Of a stretch of 64,000 bases of DNA, positions 1 to 10,940 are shown piece by piece. This stretch comes from Macrostomum lignano. Its lineage: Eukaryota. The position numbers were made by a program, and so were the translations under genes. Within the stretch, counting starts at the first letter, position 1. Every line of letters begins with the position of its first letter. Under the pieces are notes generated by a model. The model saw only the letters and a program-made list of their open reading frames with translations, ran no database searches and was not told where the DNA came from. The stretch spans positions 248,001 to 312,000 of the forward strand of contig NIVC01000558.1 in NCBI GenBank assembly GCA_002269645.1, written 5' to 3'.

Positions 1-3000
1 ATCAAAAATATGAACAGCATCAGATTGTTAAACCAGCGATTGCCGACTGCGTGAGCGACACTTCCAACGGTCTGGCTTTTTTCGGCATCAGCAGATTCGA
101 AGCCAGTTCTGTCGAAGTTTGTGAACATCAAGTTCAACGGCATTGTGATGATCTGCAACGCAGCGTTCAGCTGATACTCTGTTGTGTTCGTCGAGGATGG
201 CGTTGCCGTGACAGCTGGGAACAGCAAGTTGAAGAAGAACACTCCAAATGAGTAGAAAATCACCAAGATAATCAAAAGGAAAGGAAACAGATCCTGGATG
301 ATAAGACTTCTCAGCATCGAGATCACCGGTCCGATACGCTGGAAGCGGTTGAAGAAGGAAACTGATCGGAATCCCCAGAGCAGGAACGATGAGCTCAGAA
401 TCATCTGACACGTGTATTGTACTTGTATCGGAACCAAGGGCTCGTTAGTCAGCCCCCGTGCCGCATTTGCTTGAATGAATTTGCCGCTAGAGATAACGCA
501 AAGGCCTGGAGCACGCGGATTACCGGGAAGGCAGCCCCACATAAGCAATTTCAGCACCAGGCCTGCCCACATGAACAGCAAAGCAAGACAATCGAAGAAG
601 TTGAACGTGTCTCTTACGTACACCGGACAGTGCCTGATACCGCAAGCCGTGTAAACGTTAACAACTTTGCTACGTCGAAGAAACTCGGTGAACTCCTGCA
701 TAGTGAGAGAGGCGGCATACGCTACTAGGACGAGGTCAGGCGGCCAGTATTGAAACGTCTTAGGAAAATCTGTGACGTACCAAGCGAAGTAAATCATGAA
801 GGCAATGAAAGAGGCAAAGTGAAAGCCGAAGCGCAAGTTCGCAGTAAAATTGGTGCCTCGACACCTGCGGCCACCTTTGTCCCCTCTTAGCTTACTGCTC
901 CAGTTCTTCTGAACCAGGTCGTACACGCAGTCAGTAGCGAACAGGTCGTTAATGGCAGCGTCCTCAATCATCTCCATCACGGTGCAATATTTCACTTTGC
1001 CTTCTTTAGCGGCTGGTCGGCAAGGAAATTTTGGTCCCTGCTTTTCGCGCGGCGCATCTTCACTTGGAAGTTTCCCTCTCATGTATTTCATTAGGAGGCG
1101 TTTTCCGTTCCTGTCAGCATTGTTGTAAAGGCCGTCTAGCGCGTTCACTGTGATACCCTTGACTTTGTTGTACATGTACAGCCCCAACAGTTTCTCCTGT
1201 CCAACCTTACCCTTCGATCGATACACCATTGTCTTAAGGCGAATGAGCAGACTGACGCAAGCTGGGATCAACTCAAACTGCCTGGTTAGAAGAAGGTCAG
1301 GCAATATTTCTTCTTTTATTTTGCGCTTCTCAAACTCAAAGACGGCCGCATCAATTATCGATAGCTCACAGTGGGCATCGCTTAGTTCCTCGCCACTGAA
1401 CAGTCCTTCGTACCCTGTAGAGTTCTCGAGGTGCTTCAACAGAAGCCGTTCTTCTTTGTCAGTTATTTTATTCAAACAAAACGCACTGCGAAGTACATTC
1501 GAATTGTCCATTTCAAACGCTTCAATCAGGAGCGCCAAACTTGATCCATGCCCGGCTAGCTTTGATTTTTCAGTAGTGTCCTTGCAAACCTGCCGGGCCG
1601 TGGAACGGTCAGGAAGCGCGAGTGCCCTCTTCGCCGGGTCAATGAGTCTCCAGAGTTCCGCGCCTTCAATTTTAATCTTCAAAGTACTTAGGTTTCGCTC
1701 GATTTGATCGAGACTGTAATTTTCTAACGCAAACCCAATGCAGGACCAGCCACTGTCAGTTTCGGCTGAGAGCTGCAGCCGTTCGTCAATGAGGTACTTG
1801 ATGTTGGCTTTGTGCTCCGCCTTGCAAGCAAAGTGCAGGCAGGTGGCACCTTTGTGCATGCCGCCAGGCACCGTGAGATGCAGCAGGTCGCGGCCCGGCA
1901 TTCTCAACAGCTTTTGGAGCGGGCCAATTAAGTTTTTCAGCTCGAGTTTTGCAGAAAAAATATGAATCGCGTGCAGGCCATTTGAGTTTGACAGAAGTTG
2001 CAAAAAAAGCTCTTTGTCACTGCGCGATCCTTTATCGGAGCAATGTTGTAAAATAGCTTTAATCGGTACCAAATCATTGGCTGCCATCAGGAAATTATGA
2101 CCGAAAATGTCTACAGCATGCGGATCAACATTGCATTCTTTTAGAAACCTAATGGCTGCCAAATAGCTTGCTGCTTCACTGTCCTGAAAGCGAGTGTAGG
2201 GTTGAAACAAGGAGTGCAGCAGTGTACTTTCTTCAGAGTCAACTGCACTCAAAAGCGAGCTCAGAGCACTATTCTTGGCCAATGTTGAAGCCTTCGCCTT
2301 TCCACTAATTTTTAACGCGGTCATTAGCTTTTGAAAAATCTTGACATTCTTGATTGCGAAATGAAGTACGGATTGACCTTCGTTGTTTCGCCAGAAGAGA
2401 CATTCTGCACGCTTATTCACTAATGAAAATGCATCAGCTTCCATGTCAACACTGCCGATAGCAGCGATGTGAGCCCAGGTGTTCCCCCACGACTCTCGGT
2501 GGGAAAAAGAGTCGCCACAAAGACTAAAAATGTCGGCTAAGAACGCCTTGGCCACTTCTGACTTGCATACTCGAACAGCAACTTGCAGCAGAGTTATACC
2601 ATCGCCGTTCTCCCAACTCAAACAGTTAGTACCAAACTTCTGAAAGGCAGAGCAAATCGCTCGTGATTTGTCTTTTTCTCCGTTTGTTTCGTTTCTTTCT
2701 TCATCTTGTGCAGTTTTGGTTTGCTCTGCATTGTTTTCTGTGTCCTCTTGCATTGAGTCCTGCATCACCTCCGAGGCCGGTTGCCGCTGCTGAATATGTT
2801 TCACACTTTCAGTCTCATCTGCTAAAATTTTATCATAGCATTCCGACATGCGCATCAGCTTCTTTGTCGAATCGGTCAGGTCCCAACGATAGACGGTGTA
2901 GCCTTCAGAAATCCATACAAGTCTTTCTGCTGAATTATTGGAAGACTCGGCAATGTCAAGAACAGTGCGATCCAGATTATTTTTCCACTTTAGGCATCTT

Positions 3001-4820
3001 GGTCCGCCGTACTTGCTTAAGGCGAAGATTTCCAAAGCAGCCGTGGCGTTTCTTGCTAGGCAGTGCATAACGGTGTCGCCATTGTTGTCTCTGAGCTCGA
3101 TGCTGTCTTGACCAAACCTATCAAGCAGTTGCTTCACGGTGTGCGCGCTGAAATTCTCCGCCGCCACGTGAAGCACCGTCTTCTTGTCATTGTTCGCCCA
3201 AGTCCAGAAATTAGTTGGAAATTTGCTTTCACCGAGTTTCTCGTAACACTTTGCGCTAAGCATTACAGATTCCGCTAGCCTATTCTTAGCCAAATAATGC
3301 CATAAAGTGTTTCCATTGGTATCTACGTCTTTGCGACGGTGCTCGTAGTATTTAGGCCCAGCGATTTCCTCAAGTAGTTTCTTGCTACAAGAGTTTTCCG
3401 CCAAGAAGTGTAACACTCCTTGATTCTCATTGTTCATCCAGGACATTTCAGGAACGAAATCGTCAAGTTTGCACTGTGCTCTCTTGTTCTTTGCCTGGTA
3501 GTGAATCACTGTGTTTCCATATTGGTCTTTAAGACTGACACTCGATGCTCCTACTTGACTTAAGGCTTCCTTGAGCCTTTTAAACGTGCTCTCGCTGCAG
3601 TGCTGTGCAGCTAGGTGAAGCACAGTTTGTTTCTTCTTGTTTTCCATCAGCAAAAACTTTTGATTGCAAAACCGATAGCTACTTAAAAAATTTTTAGATT
3701 TTTCATTTAAAGCCAAGCAATGCAAGGCAGTGTTGCCCTCACGATCCTTAGACACTATAACTTCGTCCGGAGCGTGTTCGAATAGTTTCCACAGAGTTCT
3801 GGGGTCATGGCAGTTAGCAGCCGCTACCTGCAGAACTGTTTCGTCTGATTGATTCCTCCAGCCAATCCAGTCGTACTTATCGTTCGGCAATTGAAGCTGT
3901 TCGCTGAGATTCTTAAAAACGTCAAATGTGGCGTTTTTATTTTTTGCCAGGCAGTGAGAGATGCATTTGATTTCGTCGTCTGAAAGCTGAATGCCCGACT
4001 TGCTCACTAGGCTCTTCAAGGTGTCTGCTCTGCAGTGCTCAGCTGCAATGTCGAACACATTCTTCGAATCATTGTTCTTATACCTCAAGCAAGCTTTCGG
4101 AGATTTACCGGCATTGCGAATGATGTCTATTGCGTCCAGCAACAATGATGAGCCTTCGACAGCGGCAGCATAGTGCAGTACTGTGTTGCGTCTCCCGTCG
4201 AGCTGGAAATCCAGTATGTACGACTTCAAGCTGTCCGCGCTCAACACTTCGGCAGCTACTTCGAAAACGGTTGCACCTGTGTTGCTCCAAAAGCGGTACA
4301 GCTGCGGCTCAGTTCGAAAGATTGAGTCAAGAATTTCGCCACCATGAGCTGCATTACATGCAGCCCAGTGCGCTATACTAAATTTATCCTTATCTACGAG
4401 TACTTTGAACAATAGCTCAGGATACACCAAGGAGAGAATGTGCTGAACATTCTTATCAAACTGTTTAGCAGAGTGGTACCGAGCAGACAGATGAAACGGA
4501 GTGACGCCGTCTTCATCCTCATCTAGGAGACAGTTGACGCCAACGCCAGTCACCAGCAGTTCAAGCAAGGCTTCTCCATCTGCACAACCTGCGGAATAGT
4601 GCACCGCCGTTCGGCCCTCAAAATCTAATCCCAAATCAACTTTCCTAAGTTGTCCGCTTCTCTTGTTGACAAACTCGATTGCTGCTGAGAACTGACGCGT
4701 CCAAGTCAGCCGCAAAAGTTCAGGGGGGTCGAGACCAAGGGGTGGCTGTGCGTCTTTAGAGCCGTACTCAAGACTGTACTCGATCAGTTTCCTCACTGAG
4801 GCATTGCTGGTTTTAGCCAT
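1..4820 (-). CDS. Ankyrin-repeat TRP-like cation channel (TRPA-like architecture), partial; one continuous ORF of >=1606 codons running off the window start
   Basis: Manual translation of the minus frame from ATG at 4820 (MAKTSNASVRKLIEYS...) found no stop down to base 1. There are about 20 ankyrin-type motifs (GRTAVHYSA, GVTPFHLSA, GNTALHCLA, KQTVLHLAA, KKTVLHVAA, GDTVMHCLA, GATCLHFAC). These are followed by TRP-like TM segments: DLVQKNW, FHFASFIAFMIYFAWYV, RDTFNFFDCLALL (S3-like), FQRIGPVISMLRSLIIQDLFPFLLIILVIFYSFGVFFFNLLFP (S4-S5 linker/S5) and the start of S6 (WFNNLMLFIFL). A splice acceptor (ttcatcctgcag) at 4859-4860 is in frame, so an upstream exon may extend the N-terminus. Confidence 0.85.
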   Translation of the reverse strand, partial: MAKTSNASVRKLIEYSLEYGSKDAQPPLGLDPPELLRLTWTRQFSAAIEFVNKRSGQLRKVDLGLDFEGRTAVHYSAGCADGEALLELLVTGVGVNCLLDEDEDGVTPFHLSARYHSAKQFDKNVQHILSLVYPELLFKVLVDKDKFSIAHWAACNAAHGGEILDSIFRTEPQLYRFWSNTGATVFEVAAEVLSADSLKSYILDFQLDGRRNTVLHYAAAVEGSSLLLDAIDIIRNAGKSPKACLRYKNNDSKNVFDIAAEHCRADTLKSLVSKSGIQLSDDEIKCISHCLAKNKNATFDVFKNLSEQLQLPNDKYDWIGWRNQSDETVLQVAAANCHDPRTLWKLFEHAPDEVIVSKDREGNTALHCLALNEKSKNFLSSYRFCNQKFLLMENKKKQTVLHLAAQHCSESTFKRLKEALSQVGASSVSLKDQYGNTVIHYQAKNKRAQCKLDDFVPEMSWMNNENQGVLHFLAENSCSKKLLEEIAGPKYYEHRRKDVDTNGNTLWHYLAKNRLAESVMLSAKCYEKLGESKFPTNFWTWANNDKKTVLHVAAENFSAHTVKQLLDRFGQDSIELRDNNGDTVMHCLARNATAALEIFALSKYGGPRCLKWKNNLDRTVLDIAESSNNSAERLVWISEGYTVYRWDLTDSTKKLMRMSECYDKILADETESVKHIQQRQPASEVMQDSMQEDTENNAEQTKTAQDEERNETNGEKDKSRAICSAFQKFGTNCLSWENGDGITLLQVAVRVCKSEVAKAFLADIFSLCGDSFSHRESWGNTWAHIAAIGSVDMEADAFSLVNKRAECLFWRNNEGQSVLHFAIKNVKIFQKLMTALKISGKAKASTLAKNSALSSLLSAVDSEESTLLHSLFQPYTRFQDSEAASYLAAIRFLKECNVDPHAVDIFGHNFLMAANDLVPIKAILQHCSDKGSRSDKELFLQLLSNSNGLHAIHIFSAKLELKNLIGPLQKLLRMPGRDLLHLTVPGGMHKGATCLHFACKAEHKANIKYLIDERLQLSAETDSGWSCIGFALENYSLDQIERNLSTLKIKIEGAELWRLIDPAKRALALPDRSTARQVCKDTTEKSKLAGHGSSLALLIEAFEMDNSNVLRSAFCLNKITDKEERLLLKHLENSTGYEGLFSGEELSDAHCELSIIDAAVFEFEKRKIKEEILPDLLLTRQFELIPACVSLLIRLKTMVYRSKGKVGQEKLLGLYMYNKVKGITVNALDGLYNNADRNGKRLLMKYMRGKLPSEDAPREKQGPKFPCRPAAKEGKVKYCTVMEMIEDAAINDLFATDCVYDLVQKNWSSKLRGDKGGRRCRGTNFTANLRFGFHFASFIAFMIYFAWYVTDFPKTFQYWPPDLVLVAYAASLTMQEFTEFLRRSKVVNVYTACGIRHCPVYVRDTFNFFDCLALLFMWAGLVLKLLMWGCLPGNPRAPGLCVISSGKFIQANAARGLTNEPLVPIQVQYTCQMILSSSFLLWGFRSVSFFNRFQRIGPVISMLRSLIIQDLFPFLLIILVIFYSFGVFFFNLLFPAVTATPSSTNTTEYQLNAALQIITMPLNLMFTNFDRTGFESADAEKSQTVGSVAHAVGNRWFNNLMLFIFL

Positions 4821-5009
4821 GCTATAGGTCAGCCCCGGTGTGAAGGCTAGGAGCTCACCTGCAGGATGAAATTGTACAACACTGCGTTAAAAACTTTCAT
4901 ACCTTAATAATAATAATGGATTATTCTTTACGGCAGCTATTTTCCATAATAAACAACTCATTTTCTTAACTTCTAATGATTACAAGGACTTCTCAAGTAA
5001 CATATATAT

Positions 5010-5657
5010 AGGACACGACACTCGAAATCTATATGGTAAATGTTTTGAAGGCCACTTTTCGCCGAAAAATACACTACAGAGATAGGTTAAATTTTTTTCC
5101 GCACAAAATAGTTTTTGCTTTCGATAGGAGAAAGACCCAATGTTCATCTTTTGATATGCTGTGCCTTCCTTATAGCTCTATTGATATTCATAAAGCTTTT
5201 AGTTCAGAGAATTAGGATTATATGCTAATTTTTTATTCTAAGAACATTTCCTGCACCCAAAAACCATAAAAGTGCATGGCACAGGTTTTATGAATCTATT
5301 TCATCATCTCTGTTACACATATTGTACACAGTCAGCTAAGAATGACAAAATAGACTCATAAAACCAATGAGCTGAGCCGTGCCATTTTAATGATTTTAGG
5401 CACAGGAGACACGCAAACATACGTATAATAATAATTGAACAGAGAATTCTATTTTTTTAAACAAAATGCTTTATCAAATATCGATAGAGGTATAAGAAAG
5501 GCACAACATATCAAAAGATGAACATTGGGTCTTTCTCTTATCGAAAGCAATAACAATCTTTGTGCTGAAAAATTAAAACCTCCTATCCCTGTAGTGTATT
5601 TTTCGGCGAAAAGTGGCCTTCAAAACATTTACCATATATTTTGGAGTGTTGCGTCCT
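5010..5657. mobile_element. MITE / foldback element with long imperfect terminal inverted repeats
   Basis: 5010-~5200 (aggacacgacactcgaaatctatatggtaaatgttttgaaggccacttttcgccgaaaaatacactac...) is the reverse complement of ~5465-5657 (...gtagtgtatttttcggcgaaaagtggccttcaaaacatttaccatatattttggagtgttgcgtcct). There is a further internal inverted pair around 5260-5400. No ORF and no clear TSD. Confidence 0.75.
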
Positions 5658-6540
5658 TCTAGTTAAGTTGTCCTTGAATTATTATTAACAGGACCGTTTG
5701 ATGAGCTTTCACTCGTTGTTAGCTACTCGTTATCACTGTGCAATCTTTTTGTGAAAAAATCGCTTCGCATTCCTTCGATGCTACTCTTAGTGAGCGATCA
5801 GGGACAACTCAAAACACGGAGACTTTTCCACTTTTTTCTGTCTACTACCAGTAGCATTATACGAAGCTAATTATTAAAGTCTATCTCAATCAGTGGGCTA
5901 GCTTTATTAACCGTAACAGCACAGTGAAAGTTAAGCACTGTTGGCACCGGTTAGGACGTTGTTAATACTTTTTGTGATCTTGCTTCTTGATTTAAAGGCA
6001 AATAAAAATTACTAGAATGAATATATGTGAATAGAAAGACATTATGAGGGGTTAGGCTTAGGGTCAGGTTATTAAAAAGTTACAAACGTTTTAACTTTAT
6101 TGTAGTGTTGGTGAGGGTAGATAGCTCGTGAATAGGCTATTGCTGCACGATGCTACAACAAGCATGCAGTTAGGGAGTGAGTGAGATTATAAAAAAGCTG
6201 ATGTGAACAAATATGTACAGATTATATAGAACTGTCTCGGGAGGCCATAATTCTCTGGTAATAAATGGGCATCAATGCAGGTATGAAGTCTGTTTGCTCT
6301 TTCAAGTATTGTTTATTTTCGTAGAGTCTAAAAATGCATTTCGTCTCGCTTCTAAAGCGTTTCCGTTTGAGAAAAAGCAGATATTAGAGAAATGGGCAGT
6401 GTGGTTGCGAGAGCCACGCATAATCACGCCATAGTGTCTCGCACTCGACAACACTTGTTAGCGTATGATAAAATTAAGGTAAGGTAGCTCAAGGTAAAGA
6501 GTCTTAATGAAAGAGTGTGAGAGTCTCAATGGAGGAGGAT

Positions 6541-8281
6541 CCACGCCTCCCCTGAAGAGAGAATTCGGTCGATACAATATGCCCTGAAAACTACTGATTT
6601 CCCATGAATCTATGACCCAGCAGAAGTCTAAAAAAGCAATCCTAGAAATCCTATCGCACTGTCTGCACAGCGCACAGGCATGCAACCAGTACAGCGACTT
6701 CAGTTCATATCGGTGCAGAATGAAACTAATCCATTCTGCCAGAGCCTCAGAAGTTGGCCTTCATGGCTGAGAATGGCCTCAGGCCAATCGCACGGAATCG
6801 AACCAACTATACATGCATAAATTTTCGCAAGAGGCAGCTGCTCAGCCTCTCAATTGCACTCTTGGGCTTCATCAGTTGTTTATTATTAAAGTGCAGCCGA
6901 GCTCTGGCAGCCCATCTCAATTCTGTCCAGCTCTCGGCCTGCCCAGGACAGTGTGGGACTCACATGTAGGCTGATTTTGGATTTCACACGGTTTATCTGT
7001 GCACTGCGGCTGCCTGGCTTTTTTATTGTATTTTGCACTTGGTGACCGGCAATTTAGCATTTCACTGCTGAGATTTGTCAACTCGACAGCTCAGCTTCTC
7101 TACTCTCTATAAGATCCCAGCTCAGATCATGCAGAATCCGCTCAATAAACGCTTGTTTTCTCATGCTTCAAGAAAGCGCTAAACTATCAAAAAAGTGCAG
7201 CTGGCTGTCAGCTCAGCCTCCGCCCGTCATCTCTGAGCACAGAAGCGAAGGTGCAGTGAGGGGGCAGGCAGGGTGCTCAAGCACAATGCAGAGTCTCCAT
7301 TGTGCGAGGCTGGGGCTGCAACTCATTCGGGAGCAGCCGCCACTGCAGCCTCAGACAGCTCAGGTTTGCGCTGCTCATCTCGGCAGCCTCATCGCTAATT
7401 AAATCTATAACCTTCATCTGGAACGGCCCCACCCAGCTCAGCACTCGCAGTGCGACAGTCTGGCGTGATAAAAGGCGGCAAAGAGAAAACTACTCGAGTT
7501 CGCAATCACCCCATACTGGCCTCTCGAACCACCCAACCCCCGGCAACTCCTGCCTGCCTGAGATAATAAACAAGTCTAGCTGGAATGCAGCTCCATCCAG
7601 CTCACTACTCAAAACAGAGACCGAGCTCTGCAGGGAGGCTGGCAGAGCGGTGCGCCGGCCTGAGAATAGCGAGCGAGCAGAGATAATTACTGCTTGAGGT
7701 TAAGCTGGCCTCTCTAAACACCCGCTCCCTACAGCTCAAGACTGCTTTTTGTCATAAATAAGGCATTGTTGCCATGCTTGAATCTCAGAATTTGATGGCT
7801 CTCAGGCCATTCAGTGCGGCTCAAGCCTGTCTGTTGCTGCTGGCTGCAGGTGGCAGGAATGCGAAATGCAGTGAGCTGCTGCGGCCGAGAGCTGGACAGA
7901 ATTGAGATGGGCTGCCAGAGCTCGGCTGCACTTTAATAATAAACAACTGATGAAGCCCGAGACTGCAATTGAGGGGCTGAGCAGCTGCCTCTTGCGAAAA
8001 TTTATGCATGTATAGTTGGTTCGATTCCGTGCGATTGGCCTGAGGCCATTCTCAGCCATGAAGGCCAACTTCTGAGGCTCTGGCAGAATGGATTAGTTTC
8101 ATTCTACACCGATATAAACTAAAGTCACTGTACTAATTGCATGCCTGTACACTGTGCAGACAATGCGATAGGATTTCTAGGATTGCTTTTTTAGACTTCT
8201 GCTGGGTCATAGATTCATGGGAAATCAGTAGCCCTCAGGGCACATTGCATCGACCGAACTCTCTCCTCAGGGGAGGCGTGG
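6541..8281. mobile_element. Non-autonomous DNA-transposon-like element with ~400-bp terminal inverted repeats
   Basis: 6541-~6939 (ccacgcctcccctg...ctctcggcc) is the reverse complement of ~7883-8281 (ggccgagagctgg...caggggaggcgtgg). The ORF track gives near-identical antisense peptides (6754+ and 8068-). Related partial copies lie at ~46130-47240 and ~49900-50180. Confidence 0.75.
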
Positions 8282-9550
8282 GAGTGTGAGAGTCTCAATG
8301 GAGGAGTGTGAGAGTCTCAATGAAGGAGTGTGAGAGTCTCAATGAAGGAGTGTGAGAGTCTCAATGAAGGAGTGTGAGAGTCTTAATGGATGAGTGTGAA
8401 AGTCTCAGTAAAGGGTTGTGAGAGTCTCAATTGAGGAGTGTGAGAGTTTCAATGAAGGAGTGTGAGATTCTCAATGAAGGAGTGTGAGATTCTCAATGAA
8501 GGAGTGTGAGATTCTCAATAAAGGGGTGTGAGATTCTCAATGAAGGAGTGTGAGAGTCTCAATGAAGGAGTGTGAGATTCTCAATGAAGGAGTGTGAGAG
8601 TCTCAATGGAGGAGTGTGAGAGTCTCAATGAAGGAGTGTGAGAGTTTCAATGAAGGAGTGTGAGAGTTTCAATGAAGGAGTGTGAGAGTTTCAATGAAGG
8701 AGTGTGAGAGTCTCAATGAAGGAGTGTGAGAGTTTCAATGAAGGAGTGTGAGATTCTCAATGAAGGAGTGTGAGATTCTCAATAAAGGGGTGTGAGATTC
8801 TCAATGAAGGAGTGTGAGAGTCTCAATGAAGGAGTGTGAGAGTCTCAATGGAGGAGTGTGAGAGTCTCAATGGAGGAGTGTGAGAGTCTCAATGAAGGAG
8901 TGTGAGAGTCTCAATGAAGGAGTGTGAGAGTCTCAATGAAGGAGTGTGAGAGTCTTAATGGATGAGTGTGAAAGTCTCAGTAAAGGGTTGTGAGAGTCTC
9001 AATTGAGGAGTGTGAGAGTTTCAATGAAGGAGTGTGAGAGTCTTAATGGATGAGTGTGAAAGTCTCAGTAAAGGGTTGTGAGAGTCTCAATTGAGGAGTG
9101 TGAGAGTTTCAATGAAGGAGTGTGAGATTCTCAATGAAGGAGTGTGAGATTCTCAATAAAGGGGTGTGAGAGTCTCAATGAAGGAGTGTGAGAGTCTCAA
9201 TGAAGGAGTGTGAGAGTCTTAATGGATGAGTGTGAAAGTCTCAGTAAAGGGTTGTGAGAGTCTCAATTGAGGAGTGTGAGAGTTTCAATGAAGGAGTGTG
9301 AGATTCTCAATGAAGGAGTGTGAGATTCTCAATAAAGGGGTGTGAGATTCTCAATGAAGGAGTGTGAGATTCTCAATAAAGGAGTGTGAAAGTCTCAATG
9401 GAGGAGTATGAGAGTCTTAATGGAAGAGTGTTAGAGTCTCAATGAAGGAAGGTGAGAGTCTCAATGAAGAAGTGTGAGTCTTAATGGATGAGTGCGAAAG
9501 TCTCAGTAAAGGGTTATGAGAGTCTTAATAGATGAGTGTGGGAGTCTCAG
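8282..9550. repeat. 22-bp minisatellite (ggagtgtgagagtctcaatgaa)n, ~57 copies
   Basis: Directly visible tandem array; one isolated unit lies on the other side of the TIR element (~6512-6537). Confidence 0.95.
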
Positions 9551-10075
9551 TCAGTGGAAGACTGTGAATTCCTCAAAAGAGTTTGTATCAAAGCAGATAT
9601 TAGAAATGAAATACGCTCGTAGGTTCCAATTAGAGCTAAATATCTATAACGAGTCGTACTTACTTCTCCACAAACCTTAGTCTTACGCGGATGCTGAAGG
9701 CTTAATTATAATTTTGAAGGCTTAATTATAATTTTCAGAAAGCCTGCCAATTTACAAACGATAGCGGCTGGGGGTCGCTGTGTGCTCAGATTTATAGCTG
9801 TAGAATAGAATCTGAGCAGAGTAGGAGTACAATGAATAGAAATGAGTAAAGAACAATCAAACAAAATACTGGGACGAAGTGTACACCTGATGAACTCGTC
9901 TAAAGGCTATCCGTCTACCCGAAGATAAGTGGCTCTCTTCCAATACAACTTCAAGCGAAGACAAATAACCAGGTATTCAATAAAAATTTATAAAAACCTT
10001 TGACTGCCGACAAGTTTTGTTAGGGTTTTCATTCGCATTCAATTCGGGGTAGTCAAATTGCGACAGTCGAAAATT

Positions 10076-10940
10076 GCGTCACTGAATCACAGATGTGTCA
10101 CTGAATCACTACAGATATCATTGCGTCACTGAATCACAGATGCGTCACTGAATCACTACAGATATCATTGCGTCACTGAATCACAGATGCGTCACTGAAT
10201 CACTACAGATATCATTGCGTCACTAAATCACAGGTGCGTCACTGAATCACTACAGATATCATTGCGTCACTAAATCACAGGTGCGTCACTGAATCACTAC
10301 AGATATCATTGCGTCACTAAATCACAGGTGCGTCACTGAATCACTACAGATATCATTGCGTCACTGAATCACAGATGTGTCACTGAATCACTACAGATAT
10401 CATTGCGTCACTGAATCACAGATGTGTCACTGAATCACTACAGATATCATTGCGTCACTAAATCACAGGTGCGTCACTGAATCACTACAGATATCATTGC
10501 GTCACTAAATCACAGGTGCGTCACTGAATCACTACAGATATCATTGCGTCACTGAGTCACAGATGTGTCACTGAATCACTACAGATATCATTTCGTCACT
10601 GGATCACCAGAGATATCAGTTCGCCACTGAATCACTACAGATATCATTTCGCCACTGAATCACTACAGATATCATTTCGCCACTGAATCACTACAGATAT
10701 CATTTCGTCACTGAATCACAGATGCGTCACTGAATCACTACAGATATCATTTCGTCACTGGATCACCAGAGATATCAGTTCGCCACTGAATCACTACAGA
10801 TATCATTTCGCCACTGAGTCACTACAGATATCATTTCGTCACTGAATCACAGATGTGTCACTGAATCACTACAGATGCGTCACTGAATCACAGGTGTGTC
10901 ACTAAATCATAAATATCATTTCGTCCCTGAATCACAGGTG
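10076..10940. repeat. Composite 47-bp tandem repeat (19-bp + 28-bp subunits: tgcgtcactgaatcacaga + tgcgtcactgaatcactacagatatcat)
   Basis: Alternating subunits that share the core gtcactgaatcac. Confidence 0.9.
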
